A stretch of 64,000 nucleotides of DNA from Balanoglossus misakiensis (GCA_040954595.2 JBECUI020000031.1:124001-188000); one strand, 5' to 3'. Shown: positions 18,752 through 29,685, counted from the stretch's first letter. Translations and numbers: made by a program. Notes: generated by a model not told the origin, from the letters alone.

Positions 18752-20299
18752 TTAGGGATTTTTTCCCATACGTAGATAGTCTTGGACAATGCTCCTCATA
18801 TCATAAAGTAATTTCTTGTTATCCGTTTCAACTATGGGGGGAGAATACTTGTTGCGGTATACTCTAACAACCCCTAAGTCTAGTTCCAAATTCAACTTCT
18901 GCATCAATCTAGGAGGAAGTTGCTCAATGTCAGAAGCTGGTACAAGAAAGTACCTTACGCTGCTATCTATACGAACCGTGTGTATGCCGTTCATCCGATA
19001 CGAAAGGGTCTCTCCCTGAAAAGAAGAATACATGGGATTGAGAACTATTGGACGTTTCGCAAAGACATAGAAACTTGCAGGATTTGTCACCACAATATGG
19101 TCATCAGGATTGCTGTTCTTCAGGACATAACGCGAAGCTTGTTCCCATGCCGAACGCCCATTAACAAGAGAATTAACACCTGATGGACCATAGTACGATT
19201 GAAATACCTCTCGATACAGTCCCCACACTGTTTGACTAAAGATAAGAAGGGCCAGTATTGGCAGGAATTTCCGTCTTCCAATCGCATCTATGCCATTAGC
19301 AGCAAGAAAAATGCAAGGAATAACCAAGGGATACAGGTACCGAAAACTCAATATACGCAAGCTAAGAATAAGACTTATGTGACTAATAACACCGATGAAA
19401 GCAACAAGTCCGATGGTACGCTGGGGGGTATTCCAATGAAGAAAAATCCTCACGATACCGCTGAGTACCAGCAGTATCGTAACAAGTCCCAATCCATAAC
19501 TCCAGTTGTTCCAGAACTGCTGTATAACGGTAACAAAAGATTCCGAGGAATATACGTTCAACTGGCGAAAACGATCCAAAAAAGAGGAACCCATCAGAAC
19601 TATGCCTAAAAAAAGTGGTACAAATCCTGTAAGTAGAAAGAGAAAACCACGAAAAAAGTCGATAAAATACAAATTTAAGCGGCGTCGATTCAGCAAACAA
19701 TAACAAAACGGCAGGACAACCAGCGAAATGTGGGTATATTTGTATGCCAGACTAATACCAAAGAACAAAGAGGCCAGATATAAGGATCGTTTTCCTGTAC
19801 CCCTCGTTAATAAATAAAGGGAAATGGCGATCAGGAGTGTGTACCATACTTCTCCCATTGCCAAATGATTGTGAATCGTATAAAAGGGCATTCCAAGAAA
19901 GAGAAGGGTTGACCAGAAGGCTGTGCGCTCGTTCCAAAGTTTCTTGAATGTATAAAAAAGAAATCCCGCTGTAAGAGGAATACAGAACAATGTTATACCA
20001 CGAAGAACAACATCCATGGGAAAACGAAAAAGATAGGAAAAGAATATGAGTATGGGGCTATATATGTAGATGCCCAGCGGACCATTCATGCCGGTATCCG
20101 GCCATATCATAGTCAGAAAACTGGGCTTCTCCGTGAAGTTTTTTAAAAATCGGAATATGTCAAAAATAAGATTCGGCTCATCAACATGTGTCAGTCCCTG
20201 AAATGCGGCAACTCCGTTTACAAGCGTCACTAAAAAAACCAGTATTCCCAATACTCTGGTATAGCCCCAGCCAAACTTTGTGTTACGTGAAGTCAACAT
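18752..20299 (-). CDS. GT-C fold membrane glycosyltransferase (ArnT/PMT-like, GT39/GT83 type)
   Basis: DE motif after TM1 (THVDE), multiple TMs, GISLAYKY, RYLYP and a soluble C-terminal domain. Confidence 0.75.
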   Translation of the reverse strand: MLTSRNTKFGWGYTRVLGILVFLVTLVNGVAAFQGLTHVDEPNLIFDIFRFLKNFTEKPSFLTMIWPDTGMNGPLGIYIYSPILIFFSYLFRFPMDVVLRGITLFCIPLTAGFLFYTFKKLWNERTAFWSTLLFLGMPFYTIHNHLAMGEVWYTLLIAISLYLLTRGTGKRSLYLASLFFGISLAYKYTHISLVVLPFCYCLLNRRRLNLYFIDFFRGFLFLLTGFVPLFLGIVLMGSSFLDRFRQLNVYSSESFVTVIQQFWNNWSYGLGLVTILLVLSGIVRIFLHWNTPQRTIGLVAFIGVISHISLILSLRILSFRYLYPLVIPCIFLAANGIDAIGRRKFLPILALLIFSQTVWGLYREVFQSYYGPSGVNSLVNGRSAWEQASRYVLKNSNPDDHIVVTNPASFYVFAKRPIVLNPMYSSFQGETLSYRMNGIHTVRIDSSVRYFLVPASDIEQLPPRLMQKLNLELDLGVVRVYRNKYSPPIVETDNKKLLYDMRSIVQDYLRMGKNP

Positions 20300-20580
20300 A
20301 TAACCCCAAAACCCTCCACCTGTGTTGTTTCCTGATCAGGCTGAGTCAATGAAACACACGCATGCATGCCCTCAATAATAAAACAATTGACACTGTTACT
20401 TCTAAACCTTTCTATTAGACCAAGTATTTTATAACTCCTAACAAGAAGGTAGGGAAATTTTTAACTTTTTCGTGAAATTTTCTCAAGAAAACAAATCATA
20501 GAATTTTCTGTTTGCCTGTGTAAGAAAATTAATAAAGCCCTTAGCTATTTTTCCTTATGATCGTATGCAACTCAGAGGAG

Positions 20581-20751
20581 TTCTTCGTGCTAAACCTGAA
20601 GCTGCTAAGAAAGAACGACAGCTGGGACACAATTCCTAGTTGACTTTGGAACTTCCTCGATAGTGGTATAAGAAACCATACTGTTAGCCAATGGGAAAAA
20701 ATTCCTCCCTCCTGTGCTCAGCGGGGAACTGCAGCTGCCTCCTGGAACCCC
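20581..20751 (+). pseudogene. Decayed duplicate fragment of recQ
   Basis: Aligns by eye with 22222-22391, e.g. ccatactgttagccaatggg vs ccataccgtcagcgaatggg and agctgcctcctggaacccc vs agctgcttcctggaacccc; contains indels and stops. Confidence 0.8.
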
Positions 20752-21722
20752 TGGTTAAGTTTGTTACTATTGGAGGATACATATTCTAAAAAAGAAGAAA
20801 ACCATTCCCATTTTTATAACAAAGAATCCATGATGTCCAGGCAAAAAATTCCTTATTAAAAAAGTCCTCATATAAATCTAACTCATAAGACACAAGGTGC
20901 TGTAATAAGGTCAATCCAGAATATGGGTGATCCTTGGCTGAGCAAGGCCTTTACAACGACTCGGCTGCTATAGTTAAGAATAGGGTCAAGCTATTTTGAG
21001 TTGGGGAACATTGAAGTCAGGAATTCTCTTGTTTTTTCTGCATAACACCGAGATTTCCATACAATGGGGATAATACAGGATTGTGGGAGTAATTGAACTA
21101 CTGACTTGAAATATGCTTGTCGGGAGTTTTCGGTATTTCCATTGGGAAATCCACAACAATCGACCCCTTGACTAACTCCTTTTGACAAGTTTCTTCAGAA
21201 TCTTCTTAGGATTAGGAAAAAGCAAAGAAAAATTATTATTTTTCTTTGCTTAGCATTGAAACAACAGCATACTTTGCCCTGTTATAAAAGTTAAAAAGTA
21301 GGGGGAAGCCTGTAGGAGTTTCTGCTATCCTATTCAACCAGAGGCAAGTGCTCTTTAAAAGAAGAAAGCTGTATTTTTTATAGGTAGACAAGATCTTTGA
21401 AGAGCAGTTTAGGTTCATTTACCAGCATTTTGTGCAACGAGACAAGCGTGTTAACCGCTTATAAGCTTTTTAACTGGAGAATTCTTCTCCTTGGTGGTGG
21501 ATTGCTACAATTATTATGCAACCGTGTGGGATGGTTTGATTATTTTCCTATCTTCCCTTCTTTTAGCTAAGACAACATTCATGCCAAGAGGTTCACAATC
21601 ATAAAGAGGCTCTTGGAAGCAGGAGAATTGATGGGGAAAGATAGAATGCCGTTAAAGTCCCAACAGTTTTCAGAGTCAATCCTTGACTACTCTGCCTTCC
21701 TTTTGCTACATTTTCCCTGCAT

Positions 21723-21792
21723 GCGTCCGTCGTATAACGGCATTACCCCAGCTTCCAAGCTGGTGACGTGGGTTCGACTCCCATCGGACGCT
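21723..21792 (+). tRNA. tRNA-Gly(TCC); anticodon loop one base short as assembled
   Basis: Acceptor stem gcgtccg/cggacgc, ccagc-TTCCAA-gctgg, GGTTCGACTCC; upstream TTGACT-18-TACATT. Confidence 0.9.
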
Positions 21793-21836
21793 TTAGGGAG
21801 TCAACTCTTCTGAGCTTGTTAGATTAATCGAAGGAC

Positions 21837-23339
21837 ATGGAAGCTTTGGAAAGCTCCTTGGCGGATCCTGTTCTTCTAGTTTCTGAAAAAATCTTTGGTA
21901 TACCCTATCTCTATCCCTGGCAGCGGTTGATTATTGCTTCTATCCTAGATTGTTTAACTCCTGAAGAAGAAGGACAAATGCCGCCGCCTCTCCGTCAAAT
22001 GGCTGTTCTCCCCACTGGTGGAGGTAAGTCTCTTTGCTGGATGCTACCTGCAGTAATGATCCCAGGTCTCACCGTGGCGGTCTTTCCTCTTCTCTCTTTA
22101 ATGGCAGATCAGGAGCGACGACTTGAGGAAGTAGGTATTGCCTCGGTCACCCTGCGAGGGGGCCAGAGCAGAGAAGCAAGGCAGATCCTTTGGAGACGTC
22201 TGGAGAGCAAAGAAGTTAACATTCTTCTTGCTAACCCTGAGGTGCTAAGAACTGAGACCGTAACGAAACGCCTAGCTGTCTTGGGAGTCTCCCATCTAGT
22301 CGTGGATGAAACCCATACCGTCAGCGAATGGGGAGAAACCTTTCGCCCTGCTTGCGCTGAACTGGGAACGGTAGCTGCTTCCTGGAACCCCCAAGTAATA
22401 ACAGCCTTAACAGCCACCGCATCTCCCTTTGTTCAGGAACGGCTGACAGAGCTTCTCTTCCTAGGCGAAGCTCCACGACTCGCCCTGGCCAGTCCCGACA
22501 GACCAGGTATACATTACGGTGTTTATCCCACCCTATGTCAGTCCCAAGCCCTTATCCAGCTGATCCAGAAAGAACGCCGTCCTCTTATTGTTTTCGGTTC
22601 CACAAGAGAGGGAGTTGTCCAAGCAGCAAGGTTAATTCGCCGACGTCTTCGGGACGAGAAGGTTTGCTACTATCATGCAGGACTTTCTCCAAGAGAAAAA
22701 GAACGGTTGGAAGTTTGGTTTCGTTCCAGTTCCGACGGTATTCTCTGTGCCACCTGCGCTTATGGTATGGGAGTAGATAAGAAGAATGTAAGAACTGTGG
22801 TCCATCTAGAGCCGCCTGACAGTGTAGAATCCTACCTTCAGGAATCGGGGAGGGCAGGAAGAGATGGGCAAGAGGCCCGTGCTTGGCTCATTTCATCCCC
22901 TATAAACGTAGACCGAGGAAGGCAAGAACTCAGATCCGATGCTCAGAACCGGTACCAGCGCATGCTGCACTATGCCACCACAACACAGAATTGCCGCCGG
23001 AAGATGCTCCTGGAAGGATTGGGAGCAGAAATGGAGGATTGCACCGGCTGCGATGTTTGTGGAGGAGAAGCCTGGGAAAGACCTCCAGAAGAAAGTATTT
23101 TTACGGAATTCTTTAAGAAATATTCTTGGCGTTTTGGGCGAGGAAGGACGGCTCAAATTTTAAAGGGAAGGAAGACTCCCAGTTTACTTCAGGCTCTGGG
23201 AGACAGTTTGCCTGAGTTCGGGGTTTTAAAGAACTGGGAAATGGAAGAAATCAAGGAGGCTTTGATCAACTTAGAAAAGACTGAGAAAATCTGCCTAGGA
23301 AAATTTGCCTGGAGAAAAAGAAAATTGGGGGGGATATAA
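21837..23339 (+). CDS. recQ: RecQ-family ATP-dependent DNA helicase
   Basis: PTGGGKS, DETH..SEWG..FRP, TATA, YHAGL, QESGRAGRDG, Zn site CRR...CTGCDVC. Confidence 0.92.
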   Translation: MEALESSLADPVLLVSEKIFGIPYLYPWQRLIIASILDCLTPEEEGQMPPPLRQMAVLPTGGGKSLCWMLPAVMIPGLTVAVFPLLSLMADQERRLEEVGIASVTLRGGQSREARQILWRRLESKEVNILLANPEVLRTETVTKRLAVLGVSHLVVDETHTVSEWGETFRPACAELGTVAASWNPQVITALTATASPFVQERLTELLFLGEAPRLALASPDRPGIHYGVYPTLCQSQALIQLIQKERRPLIVFGSTREGVVQAARLIRRRLRDEKVCYYHAGLSPREKERLEVWFRSSSDGILCATCAYGMGVDKKNVRTVVHLEPPDSVESYLQESGRAGRDGQEARAWLISSPINVDRGRQELRSDAQNRYQRMLHYATTTQNCRRKMLLEGLGAEMEDCTGCDVCGGEAWERPPEESIFTEFFKKYSWRFGRGRTAQILKGRKTPSLLQALGDSLPEFGVLKNWEMEEIKEALINLEKTEKICLGKFAWRKRKLGGI

Positions 23340-23429
23340 AAAAAACTCCTTTACAAGCTTGACTTCATTGAATAAACATTATTAGAATTGTCTAAGGAAA
23401 TTTTATTGATACAAAAGAGGGTAATAAAT

Positions 23430-24614
23430 ATGCGTTATTGTGTTCGCTTAGTAGTTGGTTTAATGCTTGCTATGGTTTTATTTTCCTGCAATTCGACTTC
23501 TTCTGTGCTGCCAAAAGCTGCCATTAAAGAGGTTATATTTGAGGAAGGTAGAAAAGTTACAATACATATCGAAGCTCCGAATGCCTCCAGTTTTACACTT
23601 TCCCACAACTTTTTACCCAGTTACAACGAAGGGCGTCAAATATCTGGTCCAATAGTAGACAATAGAGCCTCTGTGACCTTATCGGAAGTACCCTTTTCAG
23701 CAACACACTATTTTTGGGTACAGGCTTATAACGATGCAGGGTCTAGAAGTTTATGGGAAGAAGCACCCAATAATCCTTACTCCCAGAGTTCTCTTACCTC
23801 AGTAGAATTTGCTCCAGGACATCATTTTTCTATAGGCAAGTATGAGGTAACAGACGTAGAGTTTATAGCCTTTTTAAATGCTAAGCGTTCAACCCTATCA
23901 AACTTTGATGGAGGAAATGCAGAAGCATTATTAAGAAGTGATTTGATAAACGATCCCGACTTGCAGAGTACTTACAACGGTAGGTACTCATTAGAAGATG
24001 AGGTTGATCCTGTGATTGGTTACATAGGACTAACCAGTGTTGTTGTTGTGGGAGAAGCCATAGACGATAGAACAACCTGGTACTATTTAATATCGGACTC
24101 GACGGCCATCCAGTATGATGAATCACAACAAGCTTACATATTTATAGGTGAGCAGGACAATGCTGTGGGGGGAGTAACCTGGTACGGTGCTAATGCGTAT
24201 GCCACTTGGGCAGGTGGACGCCTACCTACCTCAGAGGAATGGGAATATGCGGCTAATGGAGGGCATTTGAGCGAGGTTGACTACATTTATGCAGGAAGTA
24301 ATGACCTTAGCGCTGTCTCTAGTGATAAAAGAGATCCTCAACCTGTAGGAATGAAATTGCCCAATGAAATTGGTGCTTATGATATGAGCGGAAATGTCCA
24401 CGAATGGACTTCCTCTCTCTTTTCTAGCGAAAACAATGAAGAAGTTCTTAATCCGTTAAGGTACTACGCAACAATTGCTTATAGAGATTTTGACCTTCGG
24501 GCCATATTGCGAGGAGGTTCCCTCATTGACCCGCAAATAAAACTAGACACGGACTGGCCGCTATGGGAGGGCAAGGCCGACTGGGGCTTTCGCATTGTAT
24601 ATGACGAGCCATAG
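23430..24614 (+). CDS. Lipoprotein with an Fn3-like module and an FGE-sulfatase (SUMF1, C-type lectin fold) domain
   Basis: Lipobox VLFSC; KYEVT, VTWYGA.AYA.W.GGRLPT.EEWEYAA, PNE.G.YDMSGNV.EW, RGGS, GFR. Confidence 0.88.
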   Translation: MRYCVRLVVGLMLAMVLFSCNSTSSVLPKAAIKEVIFEEGRKVTIHIEAPNASSFTLSHNFLPSYNEGRQISGPIVDNRASVTLSEVPFSATHYFWVQAYNDAGSRSLWEEAPNNPYSQSSLTSVEFAPGHHFSIGKYEVTDVEFIAFLNAKRSTLSNFDGGNAEALLRSDLINDPDLQSTYNGRYSLEDEVDPVIGYIGLTSVVVVGEAIDDRTTWYYLISDSTAIQYDESQQAYIFIGEQDNAVGGVTWYGANAYATWAGGRLPTSEEWEYAANGGHLSEVDYIYAGSNDLSAVSSDKRDPQPVGMKLPNEIGAYDMSGNVHEWTSSLFSSENNEEVLNPLRYYATIAYRDFDLRAILRGGSLIDPQIKLDTDWPLWEGKADWGFRIVYDEP

Positions 24615-24786
24615 TTGAAACTGAAATGGCCAATTTTTCTGCAGGATACGCCTAGGCTGGTTCCATTAAGGAAAAATCCAAGCGGCTCTTTTAAAAGGGA
24701 TGGATATCCCAAAAATTCTCTAATTCTTTTAATTAATGCTTAGTTTAAGGTGATTGAGGTTTTGGGATCTTTACTGGGATACATCT

Positions 24787-25551
24787 ATGGAACCGTTTAA
24801 GGCTCTTCTTGAATCTCTGGAGCTTGGAGATTGGACCTTATTGGCTTTCCTGACTATGCTGATTGGTGCAGGGAAAGCAGGTCTGAGGGGAGGGGGGCTT
24901 CTTTCAGTTCCTTTTTTTGCCAGTTATTTTGGTGGCAAAGTCTCTGCTTCAATTATTCTTCCACTCTTAGTTGCAGCCGATATAGGAGCTGTTGGATTTT
25001 ATCGCCGTAAAATTGCCTTCCCCTTTGTAGCCAAGCTGCTTCCTGCCGCTCTGCTGGGTCTTGGAGGGGGCATGTTCCTTGGCAGAATGGTTTCAGACAG
25101 AACATTCCAGATTATCATAGCAACCCTGGTATCGGCCTGTTTAGTTTTAATGGCCTTCAGAGAGTTCACCCATAAGGAATTTATCTTGCCGGGGCATTGG
25201 ACGATCCATAGTACCGTGGGGGCTATGGGTGGACTTTCCACAATGATGGGAAATACTGGCGGGCCTATCATGTCAATCTATTTCCTCTCGTTAAATCTAC
25301 CAAAAGAAGTCTTTATTGGCACCGGAGCAATTTTTTTCTTCATAGTTAACCTAATCAAATTGCCCATACATCTTTTTGTCTGGGAGACAATGGAGCTTTT
25401 TACTCTGGGAATTTCTTTGATCCTCCTACCCTTTGTATTCTTGGGTTTCTTATTAGGTTTCTTCATTGTAAAAAAAATCCCTGAGAAGCATTTTCGTTTT
25501 TTCATCATGTTAGCAACCCTTGGAGGAACGGTGAAACTGTTTCTGGGTTAA
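24787..25551 (+). CDS. TauE/SafE (TSUP) family membrane transporter
   Basis: G.GKAG..GGG, LP.L..ADI, GGL.TMMGN.GGP, N.IK.P motifs. Confidence 0.85.
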   Translation: MEPFKALLESLELGDWTLLAFLTMLIGAGKAGLRGGGLLSVPFFASYFGGKVSASIILPLLVAADIGAVGFYRRKIAFPFVAKLLPAALLGLGGGMFLGRMVSDRTFQIIIATLVSACLVLMAFREFTHKEFILPGHWTIHSTVGAMGGLSTMMGNTGGPIMSIYFLSLNLPKEVFIGTGAIFFFIVNLIKLPIHLFVWETMELFTLGISLILLPFVFLGFLLGFFIVKKIPEKHFRFFIMLATLGGTVKLFLG

Positions 25552-25715
25552 AGGACCTTTGCTTTAAACTTCAAACACTGTCTCAAAAAATCAGCTCGGC
25601 ATTTTTCTCCAATGATATTTCTACTCGAAAGCCAAAAATCGTGACAAAAAAATCCCTTCCTTATCTTCAGAGATAAAAATTATTACACGTATAAGATAAT
25701 TCACATTAATTCCCC

Positions 25716-25750
25716 TTGACATAAAAAAGCATATAATGATAATGCTAGTT
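25716..25750 (+). promoter_or_regulatory. feoAB promoter with candidate Fur-type box
   Basis: TTGACA at 25716-25721; TATAATGATAATGCTAGTT at 25732-25750 matches 13/19 of GATAATGATAATCATTATC. Confidence 0.5.
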
Positions 25751-25780
25751 AACTTATAATTTAATAAGGTAGATAACCGT

Positions 25781-26026
25781 ATGCTAAAAACTTTTAAAGA
25801 TATGAAAATTGGTGATTCTGCGGAAATCGTTGGCTATGAGAATGTCCACAGAGCTTACCGCAGGAAACTTCTTTCTCTAGGTTTAACCAGGGGAGTTGTG
25901 TTAACCCTGACAAAAATGGCTCCTCTGGGAGATCCCTTGGAAATAGAAGTTCGAGGTTACAAGCTTTCACTTCGTAGAGTCGAAGCTGACATACTAAAAG
26001 TAAAAGATCTTCTAAGAGAAATCTGA
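25781..26026 (+). CDS. feoA: Ferrous iron transport protein A
   Basis: RRKLLSLGLTRG, APLGDP, LSLRR.EA. Confidence 0.95.
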   Translation: MLKTFKDMKIGDSAEIVGYENVHRAYRRKLLSLGLTRGVVLTLTKMAPLGDPLEIEVRGYKLSLRRVEADILKVKDLLREI

Positions 26027-28332
26027 ATGGCAGAATTTTCCATTGCCATAGTAGGTAATCCAAATTCAGGGAAAACCACTCTTTTCAACAACCTTACAGG
26101 CAGTTCCCAGCGAGTAGGCAACTGGCCCGGCGTTACAGTAGAAAAAAAATCTGGGTTTTTAAGCGATTCTGAAATTTCGACTGAAGTGGTCGATCTCCCG
26201 GGAATCTACTCCTTAGATGCCGAAAGTGAAGATGAGTGTATTGCCAGGGATCACATTCTCGACAAGCATTCCGATCTTATCGTCAACATCCTCGATGCCT
26301 CAAATCTGGAAAGAAACCTTTTCCTTACCTTAAACCTCCTGGAAATGCAGCGTCCGCTCTTGGTAGTTCTTACCATGATAGATTTGGCAGAAAAGAAGAA
26401 GTTGCATATCGATACAAAAAAACTCTCTACAGAGCTGGGATTGCCTATTGTGGGCATTAATAGCCATAAAGCTGGCGATATAGCCAAGGTAAAGCAAGCT
26501 ATAGGCAAGGCATTAAAAAAATCACAGACTTCCTCTATTTCTATCCCCTACCCTCCTGCCATCACCGAGGTTCTCAATAACTGGACACCGAGAATTGTGC
26601 AAGCGAAGAACTCCCCCTCAACCAATCCCCGTTTCTCCATACTGAAAATCCTGAACAAGGACGAGTCGCTTATCCGTAGATTTCTTCAGGCTGGAATCTT
26701 TCAGCCTGAAGAAATCGAGGAGACTATCAAACAGACCTCCGAGGCCCTGGAAGATTTCCCAGACATGGCCATAGCGGAAGCAAAATATGCTTATATTTCC
26801 AAGCTGGTGAAAAAATCTACCAAAAAGGACAGCCATTCGGTTAGTATCACGGAAAGAATCGACAACGTCATTCTCAACCGGTACCTGGGCATGCCTTTAT
26901 TCCTGGGCATCATGTATCTTCTTTTCTGGTCTGTCACCTACTTTGGCGGGGCCTTTATTGATTTTTTTGACATTGTTTTTGGACTTATTTTTGTCAATGG
27001 CCTTGGAACCCTGCTGAGTCTAATCTCCACTCCATCGTGGCTTATCAGCTTACTAGCCGGAGGTTTGGGGGCGGGTATACAGACTGTGGCCACGTTCATA
27101 CCCGTTATCTTCACAATGTTCTTTATGCTTTCCATTCTGGAATCTTCCGGCTACATGACCAGAGCTGCCTTTGTCGCAGACCGCTTCATCAGGATCCTGG
27201 GCTTGCCAGGAAAAGCCTTTATTCCCATGCTTGTAGGGTTTGGCTGCACAGTCCCAGCAGTTATGGCCTCACGAACCTTAGAAAATAAAAGGGATCGGTA
27301 CCTCACGATTTTCATGGTTCCCTTTATGTCCTGTGGGGCTCGACTGCCCGTTTATGCCCTCTTTGGAGCAGCCTTTTTTGGTGCCTGGTCGGGATTCATT
27401 ATCTTCAGTTTATATCTGACTGGAATTTTGCTGGCAGTCATCACCGGCCTTCTTCTCAAGAAAACGCTTTTTAAAGGCCAGGCCTCCCCCCTTGTCATGG
27501 AATTACCACCGTACCATGCCCCACGTTTCAAAGACATCCTCCGTCGTACATGGATACGCCTGAGGGTGTTTATTTTGAGAGCTGGAAAGGTTATTATCCT
27601 GGCCGTCCTGGTACTGAGCCTATTTAACTCCCTGGGTACAGATGGGATTTCGGCAATGACAATAGCAAAGAATCTGTGTTATCTGTAATCGGCCAGACTA
27701 TCACACCAATTTTCTCTCCCATGGGCCTGGAGAAGGACAATTGGCCTGCCACGGTAGCACTGTTTACGGGAATATTTGCCAAAGAAGTTATTGTGGGAAC
27801 CTTGAGTGGGCTTTACAGACAGGAAGATAAGACCCTTCTGGCCGGCAGTGGAAATGATGTAGGAATCACCAAGGACCGTGTTGATTTTATCGAAGGCATG
27901 AAACTAGCCTTTGCATCCATACCTGAGGGTTTCTCTGGATTATTCCAGGGTTTCATCGATCCCTTGGGTACCTCTATTATCCAGGAAGATCAGGAAATCC
28001 TTGCCCAGGAAGTTGGTGCAGAAATACAGACCTTGGGCTCTCTTCAGAAATTTTTTCAGAACAACCCAGTACGAGCCTATGCGTACTTGCTTTTTGTTCT
28101 TATTTATTTCCCCTGTGTGTCGGTTTTGGGGACCATGCTGCGAGAAGTTGGCCCCAAGTTCACCTGGCTAGCCATGTCTTATCTGACCATTCTGGCCTGG
28201 AGTGTGGCTACCCTTTTCTTCCAGATTGCCCAGGGGCATAATCTATGGCTCATAATGCTGGCCCTGGCCTTGGTAGCCCTGTTTATCCCCGTATTCAAAC
28301 TGAGCGCAGATAAAAAAGAGTCACTAGAATAA
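26027..28332 (+). pseudogene. feoB: Ferrous iron transporter B split by a 1-bp deletion near 27645 (possibly an assembly error)
   Basis: GNPNSGKT, GNWPGVTVE, DLPG, GFGC.VP, MSCGARLPVY. The expected GTDGSFGN motif is broken; the C-terminal half (FAKEVIVGTL, LIYFPC) is in the -1 frame. Confidence 0.9.
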
Positions 28333-28389
28333 AATTCCAGGAAACAGGTTTAAGCGGGGCTCAAAAAGAGCCACCATCAGTAACCATGC

Positions 28390-29685
28390 CTAAGCCCCCT
28401 CCATAACATCGCCAACAGCTTCATATAGCCGGGAAAAAAGAAGGGGGATCTGCTTCATCGGAAGGGAGGAATAGGCTATTCGGACCAGATCTCCCAAAGC
28501 TATTATTCCGGTATCGTACTTGTGTAACAGAAGCTGTCTTACTTGTTCCGCATCCCCGTTCTTCACACGCAGGCACATAAAATACCCTGAGTTAAAAGGT
28601 AGAGGAGAAAACCGCTCCTTGTATTCCGGATGCTTATCGAGTTCCTGCTGTACGGCATCATGCCGAGACTTCAGGAGCTGATAGGCCCGAAGCTTTTCCT
28701 TGGGGTATTGCGGATCCTTATAAGCCGCTAAGAGTAAGGACTGACCCAAATGAGAATCGTTGGAAATGCTTCCCCTTATCCTCCCGGCAGCCTTGTTTTC
28801 CAAGGCCCTGAGGCATCCTTCACTAAGCCCCTTGCCGGCAAAGGTAATAAAGCCCACCCTAAATCCCCACACATAATCCTCTTTGGTAGCACCGTCGAGT
28901 TTCACCGCCAAGACATTCTCGTGGAGATCCGCCAGCCCGGCAAAGGGAGAAATGCTTGCCACATCCGGGCGAAAGAACAATCCGAAGTAAGCATCGTCTA
29001 TTAACACAACCACATCCTTGCCTGCCTCGGCAGCAGTTCGGATAGTACTGATTATCTCCTGGTATTCCTTGGTCGTCGGACTATAACCCGTGGGATTGTT
29101 GGGGAAGTTCAGCAAAAGAATTTTCTTCTTACCGGAACCCAGCAAGGTTTCTCGGAGCCCCTCGACATTAAACCCTTCTCCTGAAAAAAGGTTGAAGGTT
29201 TTGAGAACCGCCCCATAAGCTTCACAGAAAATCAAGCGATAATTACCCCAGTAAAGATCAGGAAGTATAATCTCGTCGCCCTGATCAACAAAAAGATAAC
29301 CCGCCGTCGCAAGACCATGGGTAATGGCATTGCTTACCACCGGCCTGGAAAAGGGAATCTCTTTTAAAGGAGGATTTTTTTCACGAATAAACTGCCCCCA
29401 GACGTCTCTCATAGCAGGTTTACCAAAGCTGGAAGCATAGCTAAAGACTTCCATAGGGTCCAAATTGATTTTTTTAGCCAGGGAGGTTAAATGAAGAACA
29501 GAGCCATCGTCATTGGAAGCCATCCCTATAGAAGCATTGATGGCTTTTCCCTGGGCATCCGCCCCTTGGGCAACCAAGCCTTTATTAGGAAAAAATATGC
29601 TCCGCCCCAAAGAGGAGAGGAGTCGATACGCTACAGGTCCTTCTTCCTGAAGGATCCGGTTTAATTCTACAGCCTGAGGGTTCAT
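28390..29685 (-). CDS. PLP-dependent aminotransferase class I/II
   Basis: NFPNNPTGY, DDAY, DGATKE...WGFRVG. Confidence 0.9.
   Translation of the reverse strand: MNPQAVELNRILQEEGPVAYRLLSSLGRSIFFPNKGLVAQGADAQGKAINASIGMASNDDGSVLHLTSLAKKINLDPMEVFSYASSFGKPAMRDVWGQFIREKNPPLKEIPFSRPVVSNAITHGLATAGYLFVDQGDEIILPDLYWGNYRLIFCEAYGAVLKTFNLFSGEGFNVEGLRETLLGSGKKKILLLNFPNNPTGYSPTTKEYQEIISTIRTAAEAGKDVVVLIDDAYFGLFFRPDVASISPFAGLADLHENVLAVKLDGATKEDYVWGFRVGFITFAGKGLSEGCLRALENKAAGRIRGSISNDSHLGQSLLLAAYKDPQYPKEKLRAYQLLKSRHDAVQQELDKHPEYKERFSPLPFNSGYFMCLRVKNGDAEQVRQLLLHKYDTGIIALGDLVRIAYSSLPMKQIPLLFSRLYEAVGDVMEGA

Noticed and set aside
15424-21722. tRNA-anchored prophage or integrative element
   Set aside because: No integrase, phage gene or duplicated tRNA 3' end seen.
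1-24614. Diversity-generating retroelement
   Set aside because: No reverse transcriptase or template repeat is visible in the window, and differences between paralogs include indels and all base types rather than adenine-only changes.
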